Source of the DNA: the human T2T-CHM13v2.0 reference genome, Homo sapiens
Assembly (NCBI RefSeq): GCF_009914755.1
Contig: NC_060929.1
DNA: 64,000 bases
Reading direction: 5' to 3' (one strand)
In this document: positions 16,569 to 31,409 of the stretch, piece after piece
Layout: every line of letters begins with the position of its first letter
Numbering within the stretch: position 1 is the first letter of the stretch
Program-made: the position numbers and the translations under genes
Notes under the pieces: model-generated
What the model was told of the DNA's origin: nothing
The model's database searches: none
Seen by the model: the letters and a program-made list of their open reading frames with translations, nothing else

Positions 16569-17339
16569 GCTGTCATGAAAAACTTGGATATTCAAATTAG
16601 ATAAAAGTATATTTCAGAAATGTACCAGGATCACATTGTTAGCTTGTCTCTATGGCTTTATCCTAAGTCCTTAAGTATTCTCTGCTTAGACAGCAGGGTT
16701 TGCTTAGTGGAGAGATTGTATCTCTAACTGTATTGCCAGGACAGGTTTTTGACTACATACCACCTATCTTTCTCAAGAAAGTGATAATAAAAGCAATTTT
16801 TTTCATATTTGAAATCCTAGAGTACAACAATAGCAAATGGAAAATGAAGAAAGAGGGAATTAAAAATGAGTAAAAGTATTAACATTACTTGTTTTAGGAA
16901 AAAGTAACAATAAGTAGATAAACAATGGCTAGATAAGGAAAAATTTTTAAAGTCACTGTTAAAACTTGAATTTTCTTCTAAAATTCTCCTGCTGAACACC
17001 TTTCTAGATGGGTAAAAGAGTGAGAATATTAAATAAAATTCTAAACTTTTAAAAATATAACTGGTTTTAATTATCTGACAGGTAACATACAAAATTTATA
17101 TGTAAGGACATTTTTAACTATAGCAGTTGTTCCCAACATATACTTCAAAAGTAGTGTTCGGCCGTCCTAAAACACTAGAAAACTTCTACAGGCCTTTGAC
17201 CTCTTGTAGATTATGTGGAAAACAGTAATCTATCTATTCTGTATTTTTTTTCAGAAGTATCCAAATTTTTTCCTCAGGGAAAAAAAATACAGGTAATAAG
17301 TTTCTTGATAAAATGTTTCTCTTAAAAACTGCATAGATT

Positions 17340-18755
17340 ACTTCTACTTTCAGGTAAGGTCTTACTTCTCTCCATAAATAATTGAAAACTTAGATAAAAC
17401 ATGTTTTTAGATACTAGACAACAGTAAATACTGTGAGCTAAAGAAATAAAATAGGTAACTACCTACAATCATTCTGACTTTCTGGCCTACAGGATATTTA
17501 TAAATCTTGGGGCAGGGAGAGCCAACCCACTAGCTCCCAAGAGCTGTAGCTAACATTTTATTTATTATTTTTTGATTTGAGGAGATGGTGTTTGTAGCAT
17601 AAATCTGAGATTGCTAGAATATTTTGGGACGGATCACCAATGAAGAAAGAGTTACTCAGAGAAACAGCTCCAGAAATCTACATAACGAATCAACGAAGTC
17701 TTTAGTTGAATGCCAATCTGCATGTTAAGGTGAAACTCCCTGAGGATAGGCAAAGAAAATTTCTGAGGAAAGAATAATTTCCAGGTACATATAAGTCAAA
17801 ACAATTTCCACAGGACAAACAGTGTCATGACTCCTTCCAAGTGCTAGCAAACAAAGTGAAGTAACATCATTGAATACATGGGCAGTAGTAGAGACGCAAG
17901 ATAGGCCCATGCTCTAGTAATTGGGCTAAACTAGTCCCATAAAATAGATTATTCTGTACCAGGGATCAGCAAATTAAGGACCAATCTGAACCACTACTTT
18001 CCAGTAACTAAAATTTTATTGCAAAATGGCTTTTCACTTATTTACATATTATCTATAGAGACTTCAGTGTTACAACAATAGAGTGATAGAAATCAAACGG
18101 TCTGCAAAGCTTTAGATAAATACTGTGTGGCTCTTGACAGAAAAAAAATCCCTTGCTGATTCCTCCTCTAGACTTGCCCTAATCAAAGGACTTTCATGCA
18201 ACTCAACAGCCTATCAGAACAAAATTCAACACTGATAAAAGTCTGACAACAAAATTCAGTAATCAAATATTTAACATTTTCAATGTCTGTCATCCAATCC
18301 AGAATTACCACACATACAAAGAAGGAGGATAAAATACCTCTATACCCAGGTAAAACAAATCAAAAAATAACATAGATGATGACAAAAGTAGAAAACATTT
18401 TTTAAAATAGGTATAATTATCATGTGCAGCATGTGCAAATATTTTTTAAAATGAACATAATGAGGAGAGTCATAGGGATATAAAAAAAGAACCAAAGGGA
18501 AATTCTAAAGATAAAATTATGATACCAAAAATTAAAATTATTCTGATTGGTAGATTAGGCCCTGAAATAGAAAGTCAGTGAAATTGAAAACATGGCAACA
18601 AAAATTAAAATATAAAATAAATATAAATAAATGCACAAAGGTAAAAAACAAGATATTAATGGCCTCAATATTAATATCAGAGACAATATCAATTGCAACA
18701 AAATACATGGGGTGGAATACTAAAAAGAAAGAGAAAGAGAAAAACAATGTGAAGC
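17340..18755 (+). mobile_element. Ancient L1M (L1MC/MD-like) 5'UTR-ORF1 remnant
   Basis: cagctccagaaatcta...gtgaaactcc 5'UTR motifs followed by A-rich ORF1-like sequence (aaaagaaccaaagggaaattctaaag). Confidence 0.55.
17959..18167. mobile_element. MER58A-like hAT-Charlie MITE
   Basis: cagggatcagcaaa...ttgctgattcct terminal inverted repeats, ~210 bp, internal aaaattttattg motif. Confidence 0.7.
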
Positions 18756-18760
18756 AATTC

Positions 18761-19046
<286 letters not shown>

Positions 19047-19708
19047 CATATTTTAAAAATATCTATATTTTATACCAAGTCATCAGACATTTGAGAACAT
19101 ATCCTATTGAAGTAAAACACAGTAAGGATGTATTTAAAGAATGAGTATTGAAGAAATACTCACAGAATTGAAAAATCAGAGAATGTTAAATAATTATAAT
19201 ATATTCATATTAAAAAATAATATTCAGTCTTAAAGCAAATAGTTAAAGCAACTAAACCAGTTGTAATAGGCAGATTTCCAAAAAACGGTTATGTAAGAAA
19301 ACAAGATACAAACATTGTAATATCATTTCATGTTTTCAATATAAATTATTTAAAAATTTCATATATGTATATGTATGTTTACCAAACTATGTGAGTACTG
19401 AGAAAAATATGAAAGAATGCATGCTTGATTGTCATATCCCATGGGTGTGTAATGGGAGTAGTGAAGAAGATAAATGGGGTAGTATAAAAAATATAAAACC
19501 ATAATACACTAAAATGTAATATGAATGTTATACTTTACATTTGTTTAAAATTACATATGTGATTTGTACAACTAAAGTGGTATAAAAATTAGAAGCAAAG
19601 TTAAATGAGAAGGAATTGATTAAATGTACATACATATACCCACAGAACGGTATCAATACATGGGTACACATACACACACATATATATATAATGTTTATGT
19701 TCACTAAA

Positions 19709-20042
19709 TAATTATGTGTCACTTAACGATGGATATACATTCTGAGAAATGTGTTGTCAGGCAATTTTGTCCTTGTGCAAATATCATAGAGTGTATTTAC
19801 ACAAACCTAGTTCACACTTTGGCTATCTGGTATAGACTATTGCTTCCAGGCTACAAACCTGTACAACATGCTACTGTTCCAAATATTGTAGGCAATTGTA
19901 ACTGGATGTTAAGTATTTGTGGATCTTAATGTATCTAAACATAGAAAAGGCACATACAAAAATACAGTATTATAATCTTATGAGACCATGGTCATCCATG
20001 TGGTCCATCATTGACTGAAGAATCGTTAGCATGTCATGACTG
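19709..20042. mobile_element. Tigger3a/MER7A-like MITE
   Basis: cacttaacga...cattctgagaaatgtgttgtcaggcaattt; right TIR ends catgactg followed by TA. Confidence 0.85.
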
Positions 20043-21026
20043 TACATATACAGCATTCATATATTTAAATACATGCATATATATTATATATATATGGGGC
20101 ATACACATAAGTAATATATATTTTCATACACCTTGCAATTTTACTGCTTGGATTTATTTTCTTAGAAAACAAAATAAATAAGATAGTATAGATTTAAAAA
20201 TCTATGGATAAAATAATTCAAAGCAATAGTACTTTTGTAGTGAATAACATAATATAGTATAAATGTACAAATACAGTGATGCATTACAGATATTTTGCGT
20301 ATTTTACAGCATGCAAGTTATCTCTTTAAAAGAGCTTTAGAAATGAATTCAGTAAGTGAAAGAACAAAATATTTTTATATCAAATTATTTTGCCAAATTT
20401 ATACGTTACTACCGCTAGTAACGTATGAGATCATTCATCTCACCATTGCAAACATTGTCATTATAATTCAAAAAATTGTATTTACTATTTGGTTGACTTA
20501 ATTTACATTTTTAAGAATAGTATAAAATGGCTAAAGTGATGGCATTTTAATTATTTGATTCATCTTTTTTGGCTCCACTTAACAATTGAGGTTCTATTAA
20601 TTATTTTATGGATTTATGTGGGCTTTTCTATCAAGCTACGTTCTGAAATAGTTGCTCATAATTTAGTACTGCTTTCTTTTTCTCTTAATTTTAGTTAAAG
20701 CTTCTGACATACAGTAGTTGTAAATTATATATTAAATCTATTGGTTTTTTCCATTATGATTTTTTTCCTTATTGTAATAAAGCTTAAAATGAATATCCTT
20801 CCTCTTGAACAAGTTTCCTATCTAGCTTGTATTAAATTAATCTCAGTGGAACTTAAGGATCCATAGCAAATGGAGGATTCCTGAAATCCAACTGAATATC
20901 AAGTATTTTCTGAAGACATCATAAGTAATAGTTTGTGTACTTTTAATTGTGTGAAATATTTTAAGCTTAATAAGCCATATATGTATTTAAAACTAATAAA
21001 TTTATAGATAGCATATGCAACATTGA

Positions 21027-21375
<349 letters not shown>

Positions 21376-21614
21376 AAGGAACTTATTATACTAAGTGTGG
21401 AGAACCCTGCTATAGAAGTCTGTCAAATATTTACTGCCCCCACCCTTTTCTTAGTATTTCTGTAATTCAAATAACTTTTCATATTTCATATTTAGTTTTT
21501 CATATTTATTATTGTAATCTATTGGGAAGTTATTTTTACATAGAAAGTTGGTTAGGAATACGATTTATCTTGTCAGGTTTTATAGTTTTTCTAAAAGTTT
21601 ACCTACGTGTTTTC

Positions 21615-21919
<305 letters not shown>

Positions 21920-22144
21920 TTTTCATAAGTTTCTTTTCTCTATAAATATCATATTGTATTACTAAAGTGGAGTCATTTTTGTTTCATTATTACTTAATAG
22001 CTTTAACTGTGGTAATGAATTTCAGTGCTTTCCTTTCATACTTTATGATTTTTGCACCTTCAGCTTGAAATCAGGTACTATTAAACTCCAGTAATTTTTA
22101 TTTTTATAACACATTGCAATTTTTGTTATTTTCTTTTCCAATAA

Positions 22145-22506
<362 letters not shown>

Positions 22507-23164
22507 TCACATGCTTTTAGTTATAGTGTTTTGTTTTTGCTTTTTAGTAATTGAAGTAATTGTTGTTTTCAAATTCCTTCTTCTGGTTTATCAATTTCCT
22601 TATATTTTTCTTAATGTTTTTACTGAGAAATGCTAACAAATTTTATCATGCAATCATGTATATTTTTATTATATTCAGTAATATACTAATGCTTTATTAT
22701 GTTAATTAGCTATAAAAATATATTTAAAAGTCCTGCTTTGTCATGTTGGCTACAGAATAACACTAATCACTAATATGTCATTTCAAATATATAAATATCA
22801 AAGTATATATGTGTGTGTTTTATACACCATATATTACATTATATTAAATACATATATGCCTTATTTATATATATATATAATGTATGCTGAATTTTCTTTC
22901 TCTTTCTTCCCTTCTTCTTTCTTTCTCTCTCACTTTATTTCTTGCTTGCTTTTCTGTTTTTGTTTAATCTGTTTTTTGGTGACCCAGACAGCATCCATTT
23001 TCTCTTCCTAAGAACATTCTATTTTTTGGGGGGAGGGATCTATCACTTCCCCTTATTGTTGATAAATTGATAGAATGATAAATCAAGTTACCTTGACCAC
23101 TCTTATATAGCCAATGACTCACTCTAGGTCAATAATACTATCCCAGGACTTTGCATCTTGACTG

Positions 23165-23610
23165 AACATTTGTTCACTCTTCTTGAGTAAAAAAACTCCA
23201 AAACTCGGTGAAAACAAGCCAAAAATATATTAATTATTGCTCACATATCTATGAGTTGGTTTGGTTTCTGACCTTCCAGGCAGGACTGTCACGAATTATT
23301 CTTGTCATTATACATCTGAGATGACAAAAAGACTAGCTGAGATGATAAGTTCTGTGTTTCACTGATCATCGTTGGATGAGTGAGCTTAACAAGAGACGTT
23401 ACTCTCATAGCAACACCAAAGATGATAAAGAGCATTTGGCTAACTGACACTTTTCTCCATGTACTATTTGCCAAAACAAGTCACATAACTAAGCCAAAAG
23501 AGATGGAGGAATTCATTTCCCTCATGGAGATGAGAAGACTTGCAAAGTTAAATAACAAGAGTAGATACAGAAGAAGGAGAAGTATTAGAGTCAGTAATGA
23601 AATCTACCAG
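23165..23610 (-). mobile_element. Old MaLR LTR (MLT1H-K-like), possibly nested in another MLT1 spanning ~22980-23835
   Basis: tttgccaaaacaagtcacataactaagcc and aatgaaatctacca motifs; highly diverged. Confidence 0.5.
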
Positions 23611-24411
23611 GCATTGAGAGCCACAAAGGCAAAATGTATGTGTAAAATATTCACTTTATTAGCACCTAAGAAAGAGAGAGTTGAGCAAGCTATATCTGTT
23701 TCCTAAGAGCCCAGTAATTGCTGGTATACATGTTGTTTCTTATGCTAGTTCCTAGTCTCTGTGTAAATTTGAACTAAACAATATATAAAAGATTCCCCTC
23801 TTCTTAATTTTGTGGAAATTGGTATTGCTTACTTCCAAATAAAGAATCCTAAGTGGTTAAGAATAAAACAAAATTTGAAGAAGGTAGAATATATAAAGAG
23901 GCTGACAAATTCTTTGTGATCTTGGCTTAAAGAACAATACATCTCACTGTGGCCTTTGCTACTTTATTACTTTTCTTCCTAAGAGCCTTAGGAATTTCTA
24001 AATCCAGTTTTCCAGCTTAATCTTTACAGTGGACAGAAAACTTCTCTTTATACTAACTCCCATTTGAGAATCCTGTACTTTTCCTCAAATATAGAGAACT
24101 TCACTTCTCTCCTTGCCATGGCCAGCTTATTTTTCACTTATTGGCTTCCACAAAGTTGGCCGTGACCTGTGCTCTCCACAACAAAAATCACATAAACTGA
24201 TGGCAATGCAGAATTCAAGTAAACATATTTAGCTAGTGATGATGCTTGATCCAGTAGTAGCTGCACTGTTAGTTCTCTCAACTTCTATTACTTTTGCTTG
24301 CTATTTCTCTTAGTTTCCTTTGTTTTCCCTTCATAGTACATTCTATTGTATTACACAATATAAATATGTCATTTTATTATTATCATCATATTACACAATA
24401 CAAAGATTCTA

Positions 24412-24735
24412 CAGCAATGCTGTCCAATTGAAATATACTGTGAATGATAAGTATAAGACATATATGTAGTTTTAAATTTTAATACCCATAGTGAAATAAA
24501 AAGATAAAATGAAATTTAGTAGTATATTTAATTCCAAATATTCAAAATATAACCATCTAAAAATACAATCAATATTAAATTGTTAATATGAGTTTTTTCT
24601 TTTTTTTGGTATAAAGTGTTCAATATCCAATGTGCATTTTATACTTACTGCAAGCATGTCTCCATTTGGACTCACTATATTTGAAGCGGTCAATAGCCAC
24701 ACATGGCTAGAGACTACAATATTCAACAATGTAAG
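24412..24735. mobile_element. MER33-like hAT-Charlie MITE
   Basis: gctgtccaattgaaatata start; caatagccacacatggctag...acaatattcaaca end. Confidence 0.8.
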
Positions 24736-26479
24736 TCCATAAAGTTTCTTAGGGCTGAGTTATGTATGTCTAATTTATTTGCAAATTTCATAAGGGCAGA
24801 GGTCTTTTCTATACTGTTTACCACAATACACATAGAACCAATCAGAAGGTTTAGTCTAAAATAATAGGCATTTAAGAATTTTGTATCAAAAACTCATTTA
24901 GTATAATGTTATCTATTTTTTCTAGAGTGAAATACATAGTTCCATCTTTTAAATTTCTACCTTATAAGCACTATTATCTACCATAAAATTATCTGTTCAT
25001 TTGTCTTGAAATTCTTTATTAAACACTTAGATACAAGTTTTTCTTTATTTAAATTCTCTCAATAATTTTCCATTTTTCCCAATGCTACGTGAGTCAATCG
25101 TCAAGGAAAAATATCCTGTTCATTAAGAGTTTAAATGTTTTAGTATAAAATGATGACCTGTTTTATGATCAAACAATAGTTATTTACCAAAGGTTACACA
25201 TTCCCAGCTGTGTATTATTATGAAACTTTAGGTTATGTCAATCATCAATAGAGTTTCTTCATTTGATACCCTTAACATAATTTTTTCCAGATATAGATAC
25301 ATTATGTTCATATGTTATCTTTAGATTTCTGGATTTTTGTGATATCTGTTCTCATTTATATGGTCATGAACGATTTTAATAGAAGGTGAAATAGAATAAG
25401 ATACTCTTAGTAATCTGCCTCATAAGTGAGAAATTCACTATATTTTTTTGACATTTATTAGAATCATTATTTTTAAATTCCATGGCTATAGTGCTATACT
25501 TATCCTACTGAGAACTGCTCTCAATTTAATTAATAAGGACTTGTCTGTTGAATACATCATTCCTTTTAGTATTCCTCCCATCTTCTCAGGGTATACTGGA
25601 AGGAAAATTTGTGTGCTTTTGCTGAATATTATTATAGTTATACCTTTGGATAGTTTAATACACTGACATGATTAGTTGTACTGAGTTTATATTTTAATAT
25701 AACACTCAAATTTTTTACTGGATTATGCGAGTCAGGTACTCTTACCTGAACATTTTAGCCACTTATATATAAACCTCTACCATAGTTTTACAATGCTAGG
25801 CTGTCTTTAAAAAGTCCATGGCATTTATCAGGAATAAGACATTTTAAAAATCAATTTCTAGCAGTTTGAGCTATGAGAATGCAAATTATAACATTGTACT
25901 ACAGTTCTGGGATGTACTAAAAAATTAAGAAGAGGCATAACAATAATTACGCCAGGTGGTGTGTTTTATTTGTAATGACAAAGCTTATTTCTACACAAAA
26001 TGCCTCTAGTATAAAAGAATGTCAAGAATTACTATCTAACGCATTGCTGATTTCTTTAATTACTCTCATTAATGTGCCTTTAATAGCTACCCAGAATTAA
26101 ATATTTAAAATATATTGTGCATTTTTTATTAAAGGAGATATTTAAATAAAGCAAAATAAATTTCATATCTATAATCTTCAGTTATAGGAATGAAGATAGA
26201 AGCAGTGTATATTTATCTTAGGGAAGTTGTTAGTAATTACTAAATTTCTTTAACAAAGCAAAATTGGATTCACCAAAATATAAACAATATAAATAATCAT
26301 ATGTTTAAGTGGTTCAACATTTTAAAGTGTTAATTACCTTCTAAGATATATTCTGCCTCAAAGCCTCCATACATGCTGAGAAACATACTGAGGAATTATA
26401 AACATCTTGTGTAAAACATGTTGTCATATATTCTCCAACAACTGTGTTTCAGTAAAATCTGCCCAAGGCTTAACAAAAA

Positions 26480-26940
26480 AGTGTTTAAAGTATTATCTGT
26501 CTACATCAAGAGCAGCATTTTGTCAGTTAAATAAATTATGATAACTTTGTGAAATACAGTAATTAAGGTGCTTCTATGTAATAGAATAATGTGTAACTGG
26601 TAGAATATTACTTTACAAGAATGTTTAAGGTTATTAAAATGTTCAGATATGTTAAACAAAGTGCACTTGTTGAATAATATACAGCTTATGATGAAAATTT
26701 TGTGAGTGAATGATGAAAATTTTGTTGGGTATATATGTAAATATTTAATGTGTGTAGAAAATGAGAGAGAGACAAAGATGGTAAGAGCAGGTAAGTACTT
26801 TAAAAGAATTATAACCCAAAGAATTATAATAATCATCATCTGGGTAGTAGAATTAGGTGTTCTTAATTTTCTTCTTACACTTTCAAAAGCATTTTACAGT
26901 GTCATTATGAATATATATGACTATTTTAATAAAAATAATT
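26480..26940 (+). mobile_element. Ancient L1ME 3' fragment
   Basis: ttaaataaattatg...atctgggtagtagaattagg...actattttaataaaaa pattern. Confidence 0.4.
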
Positions 26941-27201
26941 GCACAAAGTATGTATTAATGATTATAAATAGAATATATTATTTAGTATATACTATTCTTA
27001 TAATTACTTCCTTCAACAGAACTACTTTGTTTTACTATGATCAGACACTAATATTAACCAAATTATATCTTCTAGATTCATCTGCTCCATTTATACCCTC
27101 TTTTAAATTTACCTCCAAGAAAGCAATTCTGTTCTTTCTTGCACCTCTAATTTCTTTCCACTGTATCCTTTCTTTTTAATTCCATAAATGAGTATGAAGT
27201 T

Positions 27202-27617
27202 TGTCATGGATGTTCTGTGTGGCCCTAGGACAAAATCTATCAGAAACTGTATTGCATGAAGATGGCTGGCAGCTGAGTCCTTTAGAAATGCCTTTTGCTG
27301 AAGGGAGTTGGGCCATCAAAGATGTAATGATACATCCCTGGGAGAGGTCAGGGTCCAATGACGGTTTAATGTGAGGTTTGAGATGCCCAGCCCCCTTGCA
27401 TGATTCAGAACTTCTCTGTAGGGCCGTCTCCATTTCATAAGCCCTGTGTGATTGGCTGAAGTTTCTGTTCCTACTGTAACCAATTCCTCCCTTCTCCTTT
27501 TCCAATTCAGCTTCTTGTGTTTCCTCATAGATACTGCGACTGAAAACGACCCAATGCCTTTCCTGCATAAAAATGTCTGTCTCTTAGTCTACTTTGCAGG
27601 CAAAATGACAAAGGGAT
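27202..27617 (+). mobile_element. LTR33-like ERVL solo LTR
   Basis: Reverse-complement similarity to the LTRs at 2596 and 5780 (tgtcatggatgttctgtg, cagctgagtcc, gattggctgaag, cctgcataaaaat). Confidence 0.7.
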
Positions 27618-27742
27618 TATTCAAAGGTACATCCAGCTAGTGTTGCAAGGAAATGTTTATTGGGATTACACACAAAAATGTGAAGGTTCTGTATAAGAAG
27701 GGGAGCCCATTTTCAGTTCAAACCTTAAATAAACTAAATGAA

Positions 27743-27766
27743 TTTTTTTTTTTTTTTTTTTTTTTT
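27743..27766. repeat. T24 homopolymer
   Basis: Counted directly in the sequence. Confidence 0.95.
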
Positions 27767-28099
27767 GCTCTCACGCTTAACACGGCAAAATAATTAAAGA
27801 AGATAGGAAATATCAGTACAGAAAACCGTAGTCTAAGCAGACAGACATAGGCTTTTTTTGTGGAAAACAAGTGAAACTGTCAGTCAGCAGTTACAGAAAA
27901 TATTGCAGAACATCTCAGAGGGAAGCAATGTCCCTCTGGACATCAATTGTGGTAGATTTACTTAAAGTAAATTGTATAATTTTTCATGACTTCAAAGGCT
28001 AAGTATTTAGTGGTAATGGCTCTTAAAACTGTCATCAGAAGGAAGAGGATCAGCAGAGTTGGGACAATCTAGTCAAATTCAATTAAATATTGAATACTA

Positions 28100-28310
<211 letters not shown>

Positions 28311-28719
28311 TTAAGCTTTAGAAAATGTTGTAATAGAGATTTTATGGAGGGTAATATGGTTAACATTTCTCTACTTCCTTAGTGATGGAGAATCAAGAGT
28401 TTCTTACCTACCTATTCTCTATCTACCTCTCAGTTTTGAATCCTTCACTTGTTTACTCTGCATCATATCTAGCACTCTGCCAGTCTGTTTTATATCCCTA
28501 CCCCTCTTGAACCTTGATAGCTAAACTTAAGCATCATGTAGTCTACAACTAATCCAGACTTATTCTCTCTGTGAAATAGGTTCTAGCATCTATCACCATT
28601 TCAGTAAAGGGCAAATGAAAGAATTGTAAACACACCCTCACATTCTAAGTCTTCCATCCACTGAGCAACAGGAATTTCTTAATTTATACTCCATATGGTG
28701 GCCAAGGACTGATTTATTA

Positions 28720-29291
28720 TTATGTGAGTAATTCACACCAGGTATTCATGACCAGGTAAATCTACACTCCTCATAATTCTGTGGTTTCCCTGTTGTTTGA
28801 AATAGTCTGTAAAGTTGTTTATTCTTCCCTGTGTCCTTCGTTTTGTGCTTTTTTTTATTCAATTACTTATTACTTATCTATCCTATTTTTCTTTCCCCTC
28901 CCACCCCAAACTCTGACAACTACTGACCTGTTCATCATTCCTGCAGTTTCTCCTTTTCTAGAATGTCAAATAAATACAATCTTAAAATATGTAACCTTTG
29001 AGACTGGCTTCTGTTACAGCACAATGCATTTGCAATTCATCTATGTTGTTGTGTGTGTCAGTAGTTGATTACATTTTATTGTTCAGTAATACTCCCTTGT
29101 TTGTATAGGCTAAGTTTGTCTATTCCATCACCTATGCATTTGAATTAATGCCAGTTTGAGTTATCCTGGCATAAACATTCTTATATAGATTTTGGGGTGA
29201 AAGTAACTTTTCATTTCTCTAAAATAAACATGTAGAAATGGGATTGTTGAGTCAGATGGTAATTACATGTTTAACTTTTTAAGAAACAGAC
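28720..29291 (-). mobile_element. L1MC/MD-like 3' fragment
   Basis: ccttttctagaatgtca...tatgtaacctttgagactggctt...ggattgttgagtcagatggtaa. Confidence 0.7.
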
Positions 29292-29475
29292 TGCCTTAGA
29301 TTCTTTAGTGTTGCTGTAATAGCATATCATAGACTGGGTAATTTTAAAGAGGGTAAATTTATTTCTTATAGTACTGGAGACTGGAAAGTCCAAGATCAAA
29401 TGGCACACATCTGGATAAGGCCTTCTTACTGCACCATTTCATGGATGGGAGCAGAAAGGCAAGAAAACATAGAAG
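29292..29475 (-). mobile_element. Partial MaLR LTR (MSTC/MLT1A-like)
   Basis: catagactgggtaattt...ggagactggaaagtccaagatcaa. Confidence 0.75.
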
Positions 29476-29535
29476 TGGGGTCACTTTTTTGTCTGGTAGC
29501 TTTACTTTTAAATTTTTGAAGAACCTCCATCTGTT

Positions 29536-29925
29536 TGTATTAGTTCATTTTGTGTTGCTGTAAAGGAATACCTGAGGCTAGGAAATGTATAAAGAAAAGA
29601 ATTTTATTTGGCTCATAGTTCTGCATGTGCTGTACAATCATGGCACCAGTATCTGCTTGGCTTCTGGTGAGGCCTCAGGAAGCTTTTACTCATAGCAGAA
29701 GGGAAGGGATCCAGCATGTCACATGGTGAAGAAGGGAGCAAGCAAGAGAGAGAAAGTGCCAAGCTCTTTTAAACAACCAGCTCTCGCACGAGCTAACAGA
29801 GTAAGGACTTACTTATTCCTGTGAAGACAACACCAAGTCATTCGTGAAGGATCCATGTCTATGACCCAAACATCTCGCATTAGGCCTACCTGCAACATTG
29901 GAGGTCACATTTCAACAGAATATCA
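29536..29925 (-). mobile_element. MSTB-like MaLR solo LTR
   Basis: tgtattagttcattttgtgttgctgtaaaggaatacctgag...tatca; TSD ctgtt/gtgtt. Confidence 0.9.
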
Positions 29926-30446
29926 GTGTTTTCACAATGCCTATATTACTGCTGAGTTTTAGGAGTTCTTTCTGTATATCTTTCTGGATACAAGTTTTTC
30001 ATTGATGTTATGCTTGATAAAGCAAACAAGGTCTGAGGGCAAAGACTAGAGTAAATACCTAATGCCTTGATGCACAGACATTGATGAATGTTCACAAGCA
30101 TCAAGAATATGAAAGGCATTATGACTTCATGAAACAAACTAAATAAGGTGCCAGTGACTAACTTTAAATAGAGGGATATGTGTGACCTCTCAGACAGATA
30201 ATTCAAAATTACTGCTTTGAGGAACTCAACCGACTTTAGGAAAATACAGAGAAGGAATTCAAAATTTTATCAGAGAAACTTGACAAAGAGGTTGAAAAAA
30301 ATCAAATGGAAGTCCTGGAGCTGAAGATGCATTTGAGGTTCTCAACAGCAAAATTGATCAAGCAGAAGAAAAAACATCAGTGAGCTCAAAGACAGCTATT
30401 TAGAAATATCAAAAAGTCAGAGAAAAAAAAAAGAATGAAATTCTAT

Positions 30447-30747
30447 GGCCAGGTGCAGTGGCTCATGCCTGTAATCCCAGCACTTTGGGAGACTGAGAGC
30501 GGAGGATCACTTGAGCTCAGGAGTTCAAGAACAACTGGGGCAACGTGGCAAAAACCCATCTCTACAAAAAATACAAAAGGTAGCCAGACATGGAGATGCA
30601 CACCTGTAGTCACAGCTACTCAGGAGGCTTAGGCAGGAGAATCACTTGGGCTTGGAAGATCAAGGCCACAGTGAGTTATGATCGAGCCACTGCACTCCAG
30701 CATGGGTAACTAAGCAAATATCCTGTCTCACAACAACAACAACAACA
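30447..30747 (+). mobile_element. AluJ with (AAC)n tail
   Basis: ggatcacttgagctcaggag and gatcaaggccacagtgag J diagnostics; degenerate 17-bp TSD at 30430-30446 and 30748-30764. Confidence 0.93.
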
Positions 30748-30836
30748 AAGGAATGGAATCCTGTCATTCACAATGTGGATGGAACTGGAGGACATTAAGT
30801 GAAATAAACTATGAACAGAAAGTTAAACACCACATG

Positions 30837-31146
30837 TGATATGGTTTGGCTCTGTGTCACCACCCAAATTTCATCTCGAACTGTAATCCCCACATGTTGA
30901 GGGAGGGACCTGGTGGGAAGTGATTGGATCATAGGGGTGGTTTCACTCATGCTGTTCTTGTGATAGTGAGTTCTCATGAGTTCTGATGATTTAAAAGTGT
31001 TTGGCAGTTCCTCTCCTCTCTCTTGCCTGCTGCCATGTAAGATGTGCCTTGCTTCCCTTTTGCCTCCTGCCATGATTGTAAGTTTCCTGAGGTCTCCCCA
31101 GCCATGTGGAACTGGCAGTCAATTAAACCTCTTTTCTTTATAAATT
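30837..31146 (+). mobile_element. THE1 (THE1D-like) LTR truncated at its poly(A) site, followed by A12
   Basis: tgatatggtttggctctgtgtc start; ATTAAA at 31122-31127; LTR stops at tataaatt, then A run 31147-31158; U5 absent. Confidence 0.92.
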
Positions 31147-31409
31147 AAAAAAAAAAAAGTCAGGGAAGAAAACAGGAAAAGAACAAAAAATGAAAAACAT
31201 AAAATCTAGAAAACAGCCTCAAAAGTACAAATCTAAGAGTCATTGACCTTCAAAAGGGAGTTGAGAAGGAATAAAGGGTAGAAAGATTATTGAAAGAAAT
31301 AATAACAGAAAACTTTCCAAGCCTAGAATAAATACATAGATATCCAAGTGAAGGAGTGTCGGAGATCACCAAAGATTTAACTCAAATAAGACTACTTCAA
31401 GGCAAGTAA

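Larger units (their letters stand above)
30015..31409 (+). mobile_element. L1MA/L1M2-type ORF1 region, interrupted at 30430-31153
   Basis: gatatgtgtgacctctcagacagataattcaaaat and acagaaaactttccaagcctag ORF1 motifs; collinear on both sides of the insert. Confidence 0.85.

Noticed and set aside
26688-26725. 16-bp direct repeat atgatgaaaattttgt as a CRISPR-like or regulatory repeat
   Set aside because: Only two copies with a 6-bp spacer; a simple slippage duplication in eukaryotic DNA.
26501-27179. Overlapping 112- and 157-aa ORFs
   Set aside because: AT-biased I/L/F/Y-rich composition, no recognisable domain, and overlap with an old L1ME fragment.
27743-27900. T24 tract as the tail of a minus-strand processed pseudogene
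   Set aside because: No TSD, poly(A) signal or recognisable body next to it.
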